A stretch of 47,443 nt of DNA from Methanobrevibacter sp. (lineage in GTDB: Archaea > Methanobacteriota > Methanobacteria > Methanobacteriales > Methanobacteriaceae). Positions within the stretch are counted from its first letter, which is position 1; the number at the start of each line of letters is the position of its first letter. Location: contig JAUNXF010000003.1 in assembly GCA_030539935.1 (NCBI GenBank), positions 1-47,443 on the forward strand, in the 5' to 3' direction. Made by a program: the position numbers and the translations under genes. Positions 36,095 to 46,977 of the stretch are shown piece after piece. The notes beneath the pieces are model-generated. The model was given only the letters and a program-made list of their open reading frames with translations, ran no database searches and was not told the DNA's origin.

Positions 36095-37372
36095 CTATTT
36101 TGGGGCTGTGATTCTTCCTTCAATAGCTGATTCGGCAGCCACTTTTGCTGAAGATAGGTAAACCTTTCCATCTGGACTTCCCTGTCTTCCCTTAAAGTTT
36201 CTGTTTGATGTTGAAAGACTTACTTCTCCAGGTCCAATAAGACCAGTATGCCCTCCAAGACATGGGCCACAGCATGGTGCTGATACAAGGGCTCCCGCCT
36301 CAACAAATATTTTAATCAATCCTTCATCCAATGCCTTGAGATATGTTTCCTTTGATGCAGGAATAACCAACATTCTAAGGCCCCTTGCTATTTGATTTCC
36401 CTTAAGTATTTTTGCAGCATCCCTTAAATCCTCAATTCTTCCATTGGTGCATGAGCCGATAAAGACCTGATCGATTTCCACATCACTTAGTTCACTTGCA
36501 GGCTTCACATTGTCAACATTATTTGGGCAAGCTATTTGAGGTTCAAGTTCGCTGACATCAACATCAATGATTTCAAGGCTTTCTGAGTCAAGGTCAGTCT
36601 TAAGGCTGGATTTTTCCATAAATGCCTTTAGCCTGTTTTTATTTTCGCCACCAACACGGTCCTTAAGGTAATCATATGTCTTGCTGTCCGCTTCTATTAG
36701 TCCGGTCTTTCCTCCCATTTCAATGGCCATATTGGATAAGACCATCCTATCAGACATGCCCATATTTGAAATGGTTTCCCCTGCAAATTCACAGGACCTG
36801 TAAGTTGCTCCATCTGCTCCAACCTGGCCTATGATGTTCAGGATAAGATCTTTTGCAGAGGTGTTTTCTTTCAATTCACCGCTTATGTTAAATCTTATGG
36901 TCTCAGGTACCTTAAACCATAATTTTCCAGTGGATAGGACCATTGCCATATCTGTAGATCCGATTCCAGTTGCAAACGCTCCGAATGCACCATAAGTGCA
37001 AGTATGTGAGTCTGCGCCTACGATTACTGTGCCAGGTATCACATGGCCTTTTTCAGGAAGCACTTGGTGACAGACCCCTTCCTTTACATCATAAAAGTTT
37101 TCTATATTTTGTTCCTTGACAAATTTCCTCATTAAGATATGGTTGTTTGCAGAATCAAGAGAATCTGCTGGGACCTGGTGGTCAAATGGGATAACAATTT
37201 TTGATGAATCCCATACCTTGGCGGTTCCAATCTTATTGAATGATTCAACTGCAAGAGGTCCAGTCAAATCGTGCATCATAGCTATATCAATATCTGCCAT
37301 TACAATATCGCCCGCTGCAACCTCTCCTTTGCCAGAAGCTCTGGCAAATATTTTTTCAGCCATTGTTGACAT
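36095..37372 (-). CDS. leuC: 3-isopropylmalate dehydratase large subunit
   Basis: DH, GVCHQ, GADSHT, GSCTNGR, CGPCLG and NRNFKGR motifs. Confidence 0.8.
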   Translation of the reverse strand: MSTMAEKIFARASGKGEVAAGDIVMADIDIAMMHDLTGPLAVESFNKIGTAKVWDSSKIVIPFDHQVPADSLDSANNHILMRKFVKEQNIENFYDVKEGVCHQVLPEKGHVIPGTVIVGADSHTCTYGAFGAFATGIGSTDMAMVLSTGKLWFKVPETIRFNISGELKENTSAKDLILNIIGQVGADGATYRSCEFAGETISNMGMSDRMVLSNMAIEMGGKTGLIEADSKTYDYLKDRVGGENKNRLKAFMEKSSLKTDLDSESLEIIDVDVSELEPQIACPNNVDNVKPASELSDVEIDQVFIGSCTNGRIEDLRDAAKILKGNQIARGLRMLVIPASKETYLKALDEGLIKIFVEAGALVSAPCCGPCLGGHTGLIGPGEVSLSTSNRNFKGRQGSPDGKVYLSSAKVAAESAIEGRITAPK

Positions 37373-37441
37373 ATTTTCACCTCATTAAAAAGAGTTGATA
37401 GAATTATTAATTAAATTTTTACTATTATTTTGACTTATCTG

Positions 37442-37533
37442 TTAAATTTATACAAATTTCCATAGTCGCATTTGTTAGATTTATACAAATTTCCATTAGT
37501 ATTATTTATTAAATTTATACAAATTTCCATAGT
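37442..37533. repeat. Three copies of a 25-26-bp unit derived from the wecC 3' end
   Basis: TTAAATTTATACAAATTTCCATAGT at 37442, a variant at 37475, and 37509 (inside wecC). Confidence 0.9.
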
Positions 37534-38761
37534 TTATTAAAGTAATGTCATCCGGCACCTCTTTAATGATGTTTTTGGTGTCGAATATCAGTCTTGTTTT
37601 CATGTTTTTAGATAATGTTTCCCAATCCAAGTCCTTAAATTGGTTGTGGTCAGTTAAAATCAAAACCATTGAGGAGTCTTTGGTTGCCTCATCAAAATCG
37701 ACGTAATCAGGATTGTCAAAATGAGGGTCATGGATAGCTATTTCATATCCTGCAGCCTTTAATCCATTGATTATTTCAAATGCAGGGCTTTCCCTTGCAT
37801 CATCAGTATTTCCCTTATAAGCCACTCCAAATACAGCAATCTTTTTAGCGTCCTTATCCAGATTTGAAAGTATCTTGCCGGTATTTTCTATTACAAATCC
37901 CGGCATGCTGTTGTTTGTATCTCTTGCCAATTTGATTATCTTGGCGGTTTCAGGAGCCTTTGCATAAATGAAATAAGGGTCAATTGCCAAACAGTGTCCC
38001 CCTACTCCAGGTCCTGGACTGTGTATGTTTACTCTTGGGTGCTTGTTAGCCATTTCAATTACATCAAGGGCATTCACTCCAATTTCTGCACCTATTTTTG
38101 CAAGTTCGTTTGCAAGGGCAATGTTCACATCCCTAAAGGTGTTTTCCATACATTTTGACAACTCTGCAGTCTTTGCCTCGGTTTCTATTATTTCTCCTTT
38201 TACAAATGTTCTGTAAACATCTGCAGCCTTGCGACTGCACTCTTCAGTGATTCCACCTACAATTCTATTGTTGTTGACCAACTCTTCCATGATCTGTCCA
38301 GGGAGAACTCTTTCAGGGCAGTGGGCAAGGAATAAATCTTCTCCAATAACAAATCCCTCATTTTCAAATATTGGCTTGATGACCTCATCAGTGGACATAG
38401 GGGCAATTGTAGATTCAATGATGACCACATTTCCTTTCTTCAAAACAGGTAAAATTGAATTGCATGCAGATATGACATAACTTAAGTCACAGCTTAAGTC
38501 CTCCTTCACATAAGGGGTAGGTACAGTAATGATGAATGTGTCTGCCTCTTCCGGCTTTAGGGATGCGCGGTAATGGCCTTCTTCAACAGCATTCCTAATG
38601 GCATCTGAAATTCCCGGCTCTTCTATATGTGCCATTCCTTGGTTTAGTTTTTCAACAATCTCTTCATTCACATCAACTCCAAGAACTTCACATCCCTTTT
38701 TAGCAAACAATGCTGCAGTTGGCAATCCAATGTAACCTTGACCTACAATACAAATCTTCAT
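37502..38761 (-). CDS. wecC: UDP-N-acetyl-D-mannosamine dehydrogenase
   Basis: GQGYIGLP, ITVPTP, HCPERVLPG, ENTFRDVNIA and GVGGHC motifs. Confidence 0.85.
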   Translation of the reverse strand: MKICIVGQGYIGLPTAALFAKKGCEVLGVDVNEEIVEKLNQGMAHIEEPGISDAIRNAVEEGHYRASLKPEEADTFIITVPTPYVKEDLSCDLSYVISACNSILPVLKKGNVVIIESTIAPMSTDEVIKPIFENEGFVIGEDLFLAHCPERVLPGQIMEELVNNNRIVGGITEECSRKAADVYRTFVKGEIIETEAKTAELSKCMENTFRDVNIALANELAKIGAEIGVNALDVIEMANKHPRVNIHSPGPGVGGHCLAIDPYFIYAKAPETAKIIKLARDTNNSMPGFVIENTGKILSNLDKDAKKIAVFGVAYKGNTDDARESPAFEIINGLKAAGYEIAIHDPHFDNPDYVDFDEATKDSSMVLILTDHNQFKDLDWETLSKNMKTRLIFDTKNIIKEVPDDITLINYGNLYKFNK

Positions 38762-39029
38762 AATTATCGCCCTAATCATTAATAGTTATTGTTAATAGTT
38801 TATACGATTTTATATATGGTTCTTATTTAATATAAACATTTTATAATATTATTAAAAACATTTTATAATTATTTATTTCGCAATATAGAATATATTTATA
38901 TTTTATAAAACTAAAAAATTATAATATAATAATTTATTTTGTTTGAATTGTCATGTTTGAGATTGTGTTTCATTGTGATGGTTTATTTTGTTTGAATGGT
39001 CATGTTTAAAATATGGGATGAGGAATATT

Positions 39030-39890
39030 ATGAAAATATTAATAACCGGTGCTTATGGAATGTTAGGTTCTGACTTAAGGGAAGTGCTAAAAAATTTTGA
39101 ATTGATCTGCACAGGCTCTAAGGATTTGGATATAACAGATGAGGAAAAGGTGATGGACTTCATCAGTGAGAACTTGCCTGATTTAGTTGTTAATGCTGCA
39201 GCCTATACAGCTGTTGATGACTGTGAAACCAATTTCGATGAGGCATATGCAGTAAATGCGTTAGGCCCTAAAAATTTGGCCATTGCCTGCAAAAAGATTG
39301 ATGTTCCTTTAATCCATATAAGCACAGATTATGTTTTTGACGGCAGCAAAAGAACTCCCCTTATAGAGAATGATAAGATTGGTCCTCAAAGCGCTTATGG
39401 AAAAACAAAGTTTGAAGGAGAGAAATTTATCCAAGAAAACACTGACAAGTATTTTATTCTTCGTACTGCATGGCTGTATGGTCTTCATGGCAATAACTTT
39501 GTTAAGACAATGTTGGATTTGGCGGAAAGTCATGATGAAATCACTGTAGTCAATGACCAAATCGGTTCTCCAACATATTCCTTGGATTTGGCCGTAGCAA
39601 TCACCAATCTTTTGCATAGTGACAAGTATGGCATCTATCATGTAACAAATGAGGGGGAATGCTCCTGGTATGACTTTGCTCGAGATATATTTGAATTGTC
39701 CGGCATTGACGTCAAGGTTGTTCCTGTAAGTACTGAAGAGTTTCCAAGGCCTGCTCCAAGACCTCATTATTCAGTTTTAGACAATAAAAAGTGGAATGCA
39801 TCAGGTTTTGTTCCAATGAGGGATTATAAAGAGGCTTTAGGTGCATTTTTATCATTATATAACTTTTTTAAGAGACTTAGAAAAATTTAA
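39030..39890 (+). CDS. rfbD: dTDP-4-dehydrorhamnose reductase
   Basis: GAYGMLG, NAAAYTAVD, STDYVFDG and YGKTK motifs. Confidence 0.92.
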   Translation: MKILITGAYGMLGSDLREVLKNFELICTGSKDLDITDEEKVMDFISENLPDLVVNAAAYTAVDDCETNFDEAYAVNALGPKNLAIACKKIDVPLIHISTDYVFDGSKRTPLIENDKIGPQSAYGKTKFEGEKFIQENTDKYFILRTAWLYGLHGNNFVKTMLDLAESHDEITVVNDQIGSPTYSLDLAVAITNLLHSDKYGIYHVTNEGECSWYDFARDIFELSGIDVKVVPVSTEEFPRPAPRPHYSVLDNKKWNASGFVPMRDYKEALGAFLSLYNFFKRLRKI

Positions 39891-39934
39891 TTTTCAATAG
39901 TTTTAACACATAATTTTTATTAAAGAGGGATTAT

Positions 39935-40807
39935 ATGAAAGGAATTGTATTAGCCGGTGGTGCCGGAACCAGATTGTATCCAATTACTAAGGCTGTTTCC
40001 AAACAGCTATTACCTTTATATGATAAACCAATGATTTATTATCCAATTTCTGTTCTAATGTTAGCCAACATTAGGGATATCCTCATCATCTCCACTCCCC
40101 GTGACTTGCCAATGTATAAGGAATTGTTAGGAGATGGTTCCGATTTGGGAATGTCCTTCTCTTATGCAGAGCAGGAAAACCCAAATGGTTTGGCTGAAGC
40201 ATTCATTATTGGTGAGGAATTTATTGGGGATGATAATGTAGCCCTTATCTTAGGTGACAATGTATTCCATGGACACAGATTTACTGAGATATTGGAAAGG
40301 GCATGCTCTCTTGAGGAAGGGGCTGTCATTTTCGGTTATTATACAAATAGGCCTGAGGCATTTGGTGTTGTGGAGTTTGATAAGGAGTGGAATGTATTGT
40401 CAATTGAAGAAAAGCCGGAGAATCCAAAATCCAATTATGTGGTTCCTGGGCTTTATTTCTATGATAATGATGTTATTGAAATAGCTAAGAGCGTCAAGCC
40501 ATCTTCAAGAGGAGAGCTTGAAATAACTTCCATTAATGAGGAGTATCTTAAATGTGGAAAACTTAAGGTCGAGTTGCTTGGTAGGGGAATGGCTTGGCTG
40601 GATACAGGAACTCATGATGGTTTGCTTGAAGCAAGTAACTTTATTGAGACTGTCCAAAGAAGACAAAGCCTATACATAGCTTGTTTAGAAGAAATAGCTT
40701 ATATAAAAGGATATATAACTAAAGAAGACTTATTGAGATTGGCCAAACCTCTTAAAAAGACAGAATATGGTCAATATTTAATTGAATTGGCGGATAGGAA
40801 AGTATAA
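39935..40807 (+). CDS. rfbA: Glucose-1-phosphate thymidylyltransferase
   Basis: [23 protein letters not shown] and WLDTGT motifs. Confidence 0.95.
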   Translation: MKGIVLAGGAGTRLYPITKAVSKQLLPLYDKPMIYYPISVLMLANIRDILIISTPRDLPMYKELLGDGSDLGMSFSYAEQENPNGLAEAFIIGEEFIGDDNVALILGDNVFHGHRFTEILERACSLEEGAVIFGYYTNRPEAFGVVEFDKEWNVLSIEEKPENPKSNYVVPGLYFYDNDVIEIAKSVKPSSRGELEITSINEEYLKCGKLKVELLGRGMAWLDTGTHDGLLEASNFIETVQRRQSLYIACLEEIAYIKGYITKEDLLRLAKPLKKTEYGQYLIELADRKV

Positions 40808-40835
40808 TGCTTCGGCAAAAGAAGTGAAAGTTCAT

Positions 40836-40882
40836 ATTTCAGATTTTATTATTTAATTTCAGATTTTATTATTTAATTTCAG
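40836..40882. repeat. Perfect 20-bp tandem repeat
   Basis: ATTTCAGATTTTATTATTTA twice plus ATTTCAG, abutting the rfbC RBS. Confidence 0.85.
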
Positions 40883-40892
40883 GTGTAAGAAA

Positions 40893-41456
40893 ATGGGTAA
40901 ATTCAAAATTGTTAGAAGTGAAATTGAAGGCGTCTTCACTGTAGAGCCAACCGTTTTTGGTGATGAGCGAGGATACTTCATGGAAACCTATAATGAAAAT
41001 GATTTCAAGGAGGAAGGAATTGATTTGACCTTTGTTCAGGACAATCAATCAAAATCATCTAAGGGAGTCTTAAGAGGACTCCATTTCCAATACACCCAGC
41101 CTCAAGGCAAACTGGTTCGTGTAATAAGGGGTGAGGTTTTTGATGTGGCTGTTGACCTTAGAAAAAAATCTGAAACCTATGGAAAATGGGTTGGAGAAAT
41201 TCTTTCCGAAGAGAACAAGAAACAGTTGTTTGTACCAAAGGGATTTGCCCATGGATTCCTGGTTTTATCTGATGAAGCTGAATTTGTATATAAATGCACT
41301 GATTTCTACAATGGTGAAGACGAAGGCGGAATCATTTGGAATGATCCTGACATAGCCATTGATTGGCCATTAGATGGCATTGGAGAGGAAAACATTCTCT
41401 TGTCTGATAAGGATAAATTATGGAAAACAATGAAGGAAACTGAAACTGACTTCTAA
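40893..41456 (+). CDS. rfbC: dTDP-4-dehydrorhamnose 3,5-epimerase
   Basis: DERGYF, VLRGLHFQ and GFAHGF motifs. Confidence 0.95.
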   Translation: MGKFKIVRSEIEGVFTVEPTVFGDERGYFMETYNENDFKEEGIDLTFVQDNQSKSSKGVLRGLHFQYTQPQGKLVRVIRGEVFDVAVDLRKKSETYGKWVGEILSEENKKQLFVPKGFAHGFLVLSDEAEFVYKCTDFYNGEDEGGIIWNDPDIAIDWPLDGIGEENILLSDKDKLWKTMKETETDF

Positions 41457-41484
41457 AAATTATAATTCATTCTATGTGATTTTT

Positions 41485-42492
41485 ATGACTAAGATTTTAA
41501 TTACCGGCGGAGCAGGATTTATAGGAAGCAATTTTGTAAGGTATATGCTTGAAAGGTACCCTGATTATGAAATTGTCAATTTGGATGCACTTACATATTG
41601 CGGAAATCTTGAAAACTTGGAGGATATTGAAGACAATCCCAATTACACTTTTGTAAAAGGGGATATTCAGGATGCAGAGTTAGTGGATTCCATTGTTTGT
41701 GATGTGGATTATATCGTTCACTTTGCAGCTGAAAGTCATGTGGACCGCAGCATCGAGGATCCGCAAATATTCATAAAGTCCAATATTATAGGAACTCAGG
41801 TATTGCTGGATGCAGCTAAAAAATATGATATTAAGAAGTTCCTGCAGGTGTCCACCGATGAGGTCTATGGAAGCTTAGGTGAAGAGGGTTATTTCACAGA
41901 GGAAAGTCCCCTTCAAGCAAACAGCCCATATTCCGCTTCAAAGGCAGGTGCGGATTTGATGGTTAGGGCTTATGGTGAAACATTTGGCCTTCCTATCAAC
42001 ATCACCAGATGCTCAAATAATTATGGGCCATACCAATTCCCTGAAAAGCTGATTCCACTCATGATTTCAAATGCCTTGGAAGACAAGGAATTGCCGGTTT
42101 ACGGCGATGGAAAGAACATTAGGGATTGGCTTCATGTCTATGACCATTGTACGGCCATTGACCTTGTCCTTCATAAGGGAAGATTGGGAGAGGTCTATAA
42201 TATTGGAGGCCATAATGAAAAGGAAAACATTGAAATAGTTAAACTCATATTGAAGGAACTTGACAAACCAGAATCATTGATTAAGTTTGTCAAGGATAGA
42301 TTAGGTCATGACAGGCGCTATGCAATTGATTCAACTAAAATAACTGAAGAATTAGGTTGGAAACCTAAGTATACCTTTGAAACTGGAATCATTGAAACAA
42401 TCCATTGGTATTTGGACAATTTGGATTGGATGGAAAAGGTAAAGTCCGGCGAGTATCAGGAATATTATGAGAAGATGTATTCAAAAAAATAA
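41485..42492 (+). CDS. rfbB: dTDP-glucose 4,6-dehydratase
   Basis: GGAGFIG, AAESHVD, STDEVYG, YSASK and HDRRYAID motifs. Confidence 0.95.
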   Translation: MTKILITGGAGFIGSNFVRYMLERYPDYEIVNLDALTYCGNLENLEDIEDNPNYTFVKGDIQDAELVDSIVCDVDYIVHFAAESHVDRSIEDPQIFIKSNIIGTQVLLDAAKKYDIKKFLQVSTDEVYGSLGEEGYFTEESPLQANSPYSASKAGADLMVRAYGETFGLPINITRCSNNYGPYQFPEKLIPLMISNALEDKELPVYGDGKNIRDWLHVYDHCTAIDLVLHKGRLGEVYNIGGHNEKENIEIVKLILKELDKPESLIKFVKDRLGHDRRYAIDSTKITEELGWKPKYTFETGIIETIHWYLDNLDWMEKVKSGEYQEYYEKMYSKK

Positions 42493-42579
42493 TTTAAAAG
42501 ATATTTGATAATTTAGGTGATAATTTAACCATTAAAATAAAAAATAATTATTTTAGCTTCATTTTTGGATTGTGATTAT

Positions 42580-43587
42580 ATGAAAGTGTCAGTAGTAACT
42601 CCAAATTATAATGGATTGAAGTTCTTGAATAACTATTTTGAAACATTGTTGATTCAAAGCAGGTTTATTGAAGAGATTATTATAATTGACAATGCATCTA
42701 CTGATGGAAGCATAGAGTTTATAGAGGAGTTCATGGATAGCTCCAATTATCCAATCAAGATAGTTCTAATTAAAAATGAGGATAATTTAGGCTTTGCTCC
42801 TGCTGTCAATCAGGGAATAGAGCAAGCGAAATGTGAGTATATTTATTCTATTAACAATGATGTTGAATTGGAATGGAATGCTTTGGAGGAAATCATTAAG
42901 GCAATGGACGAGTCAATTGAATTAGGGGAGAATCCATTTTCCATCCAATCAAAGATGATTCAGCATTACAACAGGAAATTGATTGATGATGCTGGAGATG
43001 AATATACATTGCTTGCCTGGACAAAGAAGGTTGGAGATGGCCAGCCAGTGGATAGATATCTTGACAAAAGGGAAATTTTCTCATCCTGTGCAGGTGCCGC
43101 ATTGTATAGGAAATCAGCTTTAGAGGAAATAGGCCTTTTTGATGCAAATTTCTTTGCATATGTTGAGGACATAGACCTTGCATATAGGGCTCAGATATAT
43201 GGCTATAGGAATTATTTCTGCCCAGATTCAATTGTTTACCATTATGGAAGCGCTACAAGCGGCAGCAGATACAATGAATTTAAAATAAGATTGGCGGCTA
43301 GAAATAATGTTTTTCTAATTTATAAGAATTTCCCAATTATTCAAAAGATAATCAATTTCATATTCCTATTCTTTGGATTTTTAATAAAATATCTTTTCTT
43401 TGTAAGGAAAGGATACGGTTCCATTTATTTAGAAGGACTTAAGGAAGGGTTGAGAAATAGAAAGAAATTAGATAAAACTCCATTTTTAAGAAAAAATTGG
43501 AAAAATTACTTTAAGATAGAATGGAAACTTATAAAGAATACTTTTGCTTATTTAAAGAAATATTTTAATAGATTAAAGATAGTTTAA
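42580..43587 (+). CDS. Glycosyltransferase family 2 (rhamnosyltransferase-like)
   Basis: DNASTD, NLGFA, NND, GAALY and YVEDIDL motifs. Confidence 0.88.
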   Translation: MKVSVVTPNYNGLKFLNNYFETLLIQSRFIEEIIIIDNASTDGSIEFIEEFMDSSNYPIKIVLIKNEDNLGFAPAVNQGIEQAKCEYIYSINNDVELEWNALEEIIKAMDESIELGENPFSIQSKMIQHYNRKLIDDAGDEYTLLAWTKKVGDGQPVDRYLDKREIFSSCAGAALYRKSALEEIGLFDANFFAYVEDIDLAYRAQIYGYRNYFCPDSIVYHYGSATSGSRYNEFKIRLAARNNVFLIYKNFPIIQKIINFIFLFFGFLIKYLFFVRKGYGSIYLEGLKEGLRNRKKLDKTPFLRKNWKNYFKIEWKLIKNTFAYLKKYFNRLKIV

Positions 43588-43633
43588 TAGATAAAGAAAA
43601 AGTACTAGTTTATTCTAATAAAGGTGTAGAAAA

Positions 43634-44533
43634 ATGAGAGAGAATTTAGATTTATCAATCATCATTGTTAATTACAATACCTTTAAATTAACAAAAGAGA
43701 CAATTGATTCCTGTTTGGCTGAACCAACTCATTATACATATGAAATTTTCCTTGTAGACAATAAGTCAACTGATGACAGTTTGGAAAAGCTGGAGGAATA
43801 CTTCAAGGAGGAAATATCCAGAGGAATCATAAAGGTCATTGCAAACTCAAGCAATGATGGTTTTGCCAAAGCAAATAATTTAGCTATTGGAAAGGCTAAA
43901 GGGGAATATATTCTTCTTTTAAACTCAGATACACTTATTAAGGAAGCTACAATTGACAAATGTATGGATTACATTACAAAAGGAACAAATGCTGATGTTG
44001 GCGCATTGGGATGTAAAGTTTCACTTGCAGACGGGTCTCTTGACAAGGCATGCAGACGCAGTTTTCCAAACCCTGTAAATGCCTTTTACAAATTATTCAA
44101 CATTAAGACAGGCAGTGGCAAGGATGATTATAACCTGGATGATCTGGATGACGACGGAGTTTATGAAATCGATTGTCTTGTCGGGGCATTCATGCTTGTG
44201 AGAAGAACCACAATTGATGATGTCGGTCTTTTGGATGACACTTTCTTCATGTATGGAGAGGATATAGATTGGTGTTACAGGATAAAGCAGGCAGGATGGA
44301 GAATCGTTTACTTTGGCCAAGCGGAAATAATCCACTATAAAGGGGCAAGCAGTGAAGACAAGAGGACCAAAAAAAGAAATCCAAAGCTCATTTATGAATT
44401 CTATAGGGCAATGTATATTTACTATAAAAAGCATTATACCAAAAAATACAATGTTTTTGTAAACATTGCAGTTTATATTGGGATAGCTGTTTTATTGGTT
44501 TTTAATTTGGTTAGGAATGCTTTGAGGTCTTAA
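43634..44533 (+). CDS. Glycosyltransferase family 2 (WbbL-like)
   Basis: IIIVNYN, LLNSD, GAFML and [11 protein letters not shown] motifs. Confidence 0.88.
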   Translation: MRENLDLSIIIVNYNTFKLTKETIDSCLAEPTHYTYEIFLVDNKSTDDSLEKLEEYFKEEISRGIIKVIANSSNDGFAKANNLAIGKAKGEYILLLNSDTLIKEATIDKCMDYITKGTNADVGALGCKVSLADGSLDKACRRSFPNPVNAFYKLFNIKTGSGKDDYNLDDLDDDGVYEIDCLVGAFMLVRRTTIDDVGLLDDTFFMYGEDIDWCYRIKQAGWRIVYFGQAEIIHYKGASSEDKRTKKRNPKLIYEFYRAMYIYYKKHYTKKYNVFVNIAVYIGIAVLLVFNLVRNALRS

Positions 44534-44666
44534 TTATTAAAATATAGGTAATTTTATAAATAATAGTTTTTAAATCTTAATGTAGAAAAACTGAATTTAA
44601 ATAATGGTTAAATCTTAGCTTGAATTGTTATGATTATATGTTTTATAAATCGGAAAGAGTGGTCAT

Positions 44667-46070
44667 ATGATTAAGGAAAATCAAAGAATCTTGAATGCAA
44701 TACTTGTTGTCATAGACATCATTGTCATTCTGCTTTCATTGGTTCTTGCATACTATGTAAGGTTTAAGACTACCATATTTGGTCCTTTAGGAGGATCCTT
44801 GCCATTTATGCATTATTTGATATTCACAATCATATGCATTATCCCTACATATCTGCTTTTATACTACTTCTTCGGTTTATATAAGCCATTCCGGAACAAA
44901 TCATCCATATTCTCCGGTGCAGAGGACATAATCAAATCAGACGTGATGGCCTTTATCATATTGGTCGCTATTCTTTTTGTAATCAATCAGCCAAATTTCT
45001 CAAGGATTATGCTCTTCCTATTAAGCCTATTCGGCATGATTTTTGCAATCATTGAAAGGGCTCTTGTAGTTTTGGTCTTAAGGTTTATGAGAGTGAATAA
45101 CCGTAATCTAAAACATATGCTTATCATTGGAGATAATGATTTGGCCTTGAATTTTGCTCATAAGATCAATTCCAAGACATATCTCGGATATAATATTGCA
45201 GGATTCTTAGGAAGAAAGGAACACTTGGGAAAGACTTTCGAGGGAACAAAATTCATTGGCACATTTAAGGATTTGCCGGATGTCTTAAAGACCCATAAGT
45301 TCGATAGGGTTGTCATAGCAATTCCCTTAAAATATTATTATCACTTGAATGAAATCGTGGATGCATGTGAAGAGGAGGGAATCAAGGCAGAAATCATTCC
45401 AGATTATTATAAGTACCTTCCTGCAAGGCCTTCTGTCGACATGTTGGATGATATGCCAATCATCAATATACGTTATGTTCCTTTGGATGATGCTTTCAAT
45501 AAATTCAAAAAGATCATTGAGGATTATTTTGTAGCCATTGTTGCAATCATAATAACCTCTCCAATCATGATTATAACCGCAATTGCCATTAAGCTGGAAT
45601 CTCCTGGCCCTATCATTTTCAAACAGGAAAGGATAGGATACAACGGCAAGCCATTTATGATGTATAAGTTCAGAAGCATGAAGGTTCAGGATGATGAGGA
45701 GGAGAAATCCCAATGGACCACTGAAGATGACCCTAGAAAAACAAGGGTTGGCACATTCATTAGAAAAATGAGCATTGATGAATTGCCTCAGTTCTTCAAT
45801 GTCCTAAAAAGGGAGATGAGTGTAGTTGGCCCTCGTCCTGAAAGGCCATATTTCGTTGAACAGTTCAAAAAGGAAATCCCTAAGTATATGGTTAAGCATC
45901 AGGTAAGGCCAGGCCTTACAGGGCTTGCTCAAGTTAATGGTTATAGGGGAAACACTTCAATAGAAAAACGTATTGAATATGATATCCGTTATGTAGAAAA
46001 CTGGAGCTTGGTTTTGGATATACAGATCATGTTCAAGACAGTATTCAAAAGGAACCCTAATGCATACTGA
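44667..46070 (+). CDS. Polyprenyl-phosphate glycosylphosphotransferase (WcaJ/WbaP-like priming transferase)
   Basis: N-terminal TM segments, CoA-binding-like domain, and KFRSM, SIDELPQ, MSVVGPRP and RPGLTGLAQV motifs. Confidence 0.9.
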   Translation: MIKENQRILNAILVVIDIIVILLSLVLAYYVRFKTTIFGPLGGSLPFMHYLIFTIICIIPTYLLLYYFFGLYKPFRNKSSIFSGAEDIIKSDVMAFIILVAILFVINQPNFSRIMLFLLSLFGMIFAIIERALVVLVLRFMRVNNRNLKHMLIIGDNDLALNFAHKINSKTYLGYNIAGFLGRKEHLGKTFEGTKFIGTFKDLPDVLKTHKFDRVVIAIPLKYYYHLNEIVDACEEEGIKAEIIPDYYKYLPARPSVDMLDDMPIINIRYVPLDDAFNKFKKIIEDYFVAIVAIIITSPIMIITAIAIKLESPGPIIFKQERIGYNGKPFMMYKFRSMKVQDDEEEKSQWTTEDDPRKTRVGTFIRKMSIDELPQFFNVLKREMSVVGPRPERPYFVEQFKKEIPKYMVKHQVRPGLTGLAQVNGYRGNTSIEKRIEYDIRYVENWSLVLDIQIMFKTVFKRNPNAY

Positions 46071-46977
46071 TTTTTATTTTATTTTAATTATTATTTTATT
46101 TTATTTTATTTTTTGAACTGCTTTTTCTTCCATCTTTCAATTATCTTTTAATATCTTCTACCCCTTCCACTATTCTTTTGCATTTTTAAACAAATCTCCT
46201 ATTTGATTATAATTTCACAGTCTGATTTTATTTTCCATTTTTATTTTATTTTTTTACTCTGATTAAAAAATTGATTTTATCATGTTATTTTATAATTAAA
46301 CTGATAAATTTCCTTTAAACTGATAAATTATAATTATTTGCTATTATTATAATGAAAAAAAGCATATCTTTATATATTTTAATGTATAATTGATTATTAC
46401 AGACTTAATTTTTTAAAATATTAACCATAATTGATTCAAAAGTTTTTAGATTTAAGAATTTATCTGATTCAAAAGTTTAATGATTTAAGAATTTTAAAAT
46501 CTAAAGTTTTATAAGTTAGGATGTTTTTATATTTATAGTAAAATCAACTTTTAAAAATTGATTAAAAATATTAAAATATTATAGATTATAAATAATATAT
46601 CATATGATTTTATAATGATTTTTATAAATTTATTGGAAATGACAATTTAAAATGAATTTATTATTATTTCATTATTTAATTATCTTATATGGTTAATATT
46701 TTAAATAATTGCTTTGAAGATTAATATGATTTTTCACTTGAAATTACACTATTAGTTTTCAAATGCTCTGTCTTAATTATTATATATATAGAAAATTAAA
46801 TTATAATTTACTTGAAAAAATTGTTAATAAAATTTAAAAAAATGGTGCAATAGGATATTGTAATAATTTATTCAATATTGCACTTAATTTCTTAAGTTTC
46901 CAAAAACTTAGTTCCCATATAAATTTTATTAGATTATTTTTACTAAATTTATAATTTAAAAAAAACGAGGGTTTGGT

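Noticed and set aside
36058-36171. 38-aa N-terminal extension of LeuD overlapping leuC
   Set aside because: Family similarity starts at MKGKVWK, which has its own GGAG RBS.
34489-37372. aksDEF (coenzyme B homoaconitase pathway) assignment
   Set aside because: The small-subunit loop is YLIY, not YLRT, which favours leucine/isoleucine isomerase. A phylogeny would be decisive.
37442-37533. Mini CRISPR array
   Set aside because: Gaps between repeats are only ~8 nt, one copy is wecC coding sequence, and no cas genes are present.
46148-46183. 11-aa ORF MQKNSGRGRRY on the minus strand with upstream AGGAGA
   Set aside because: Too short, with long RBS spacing and no other support.
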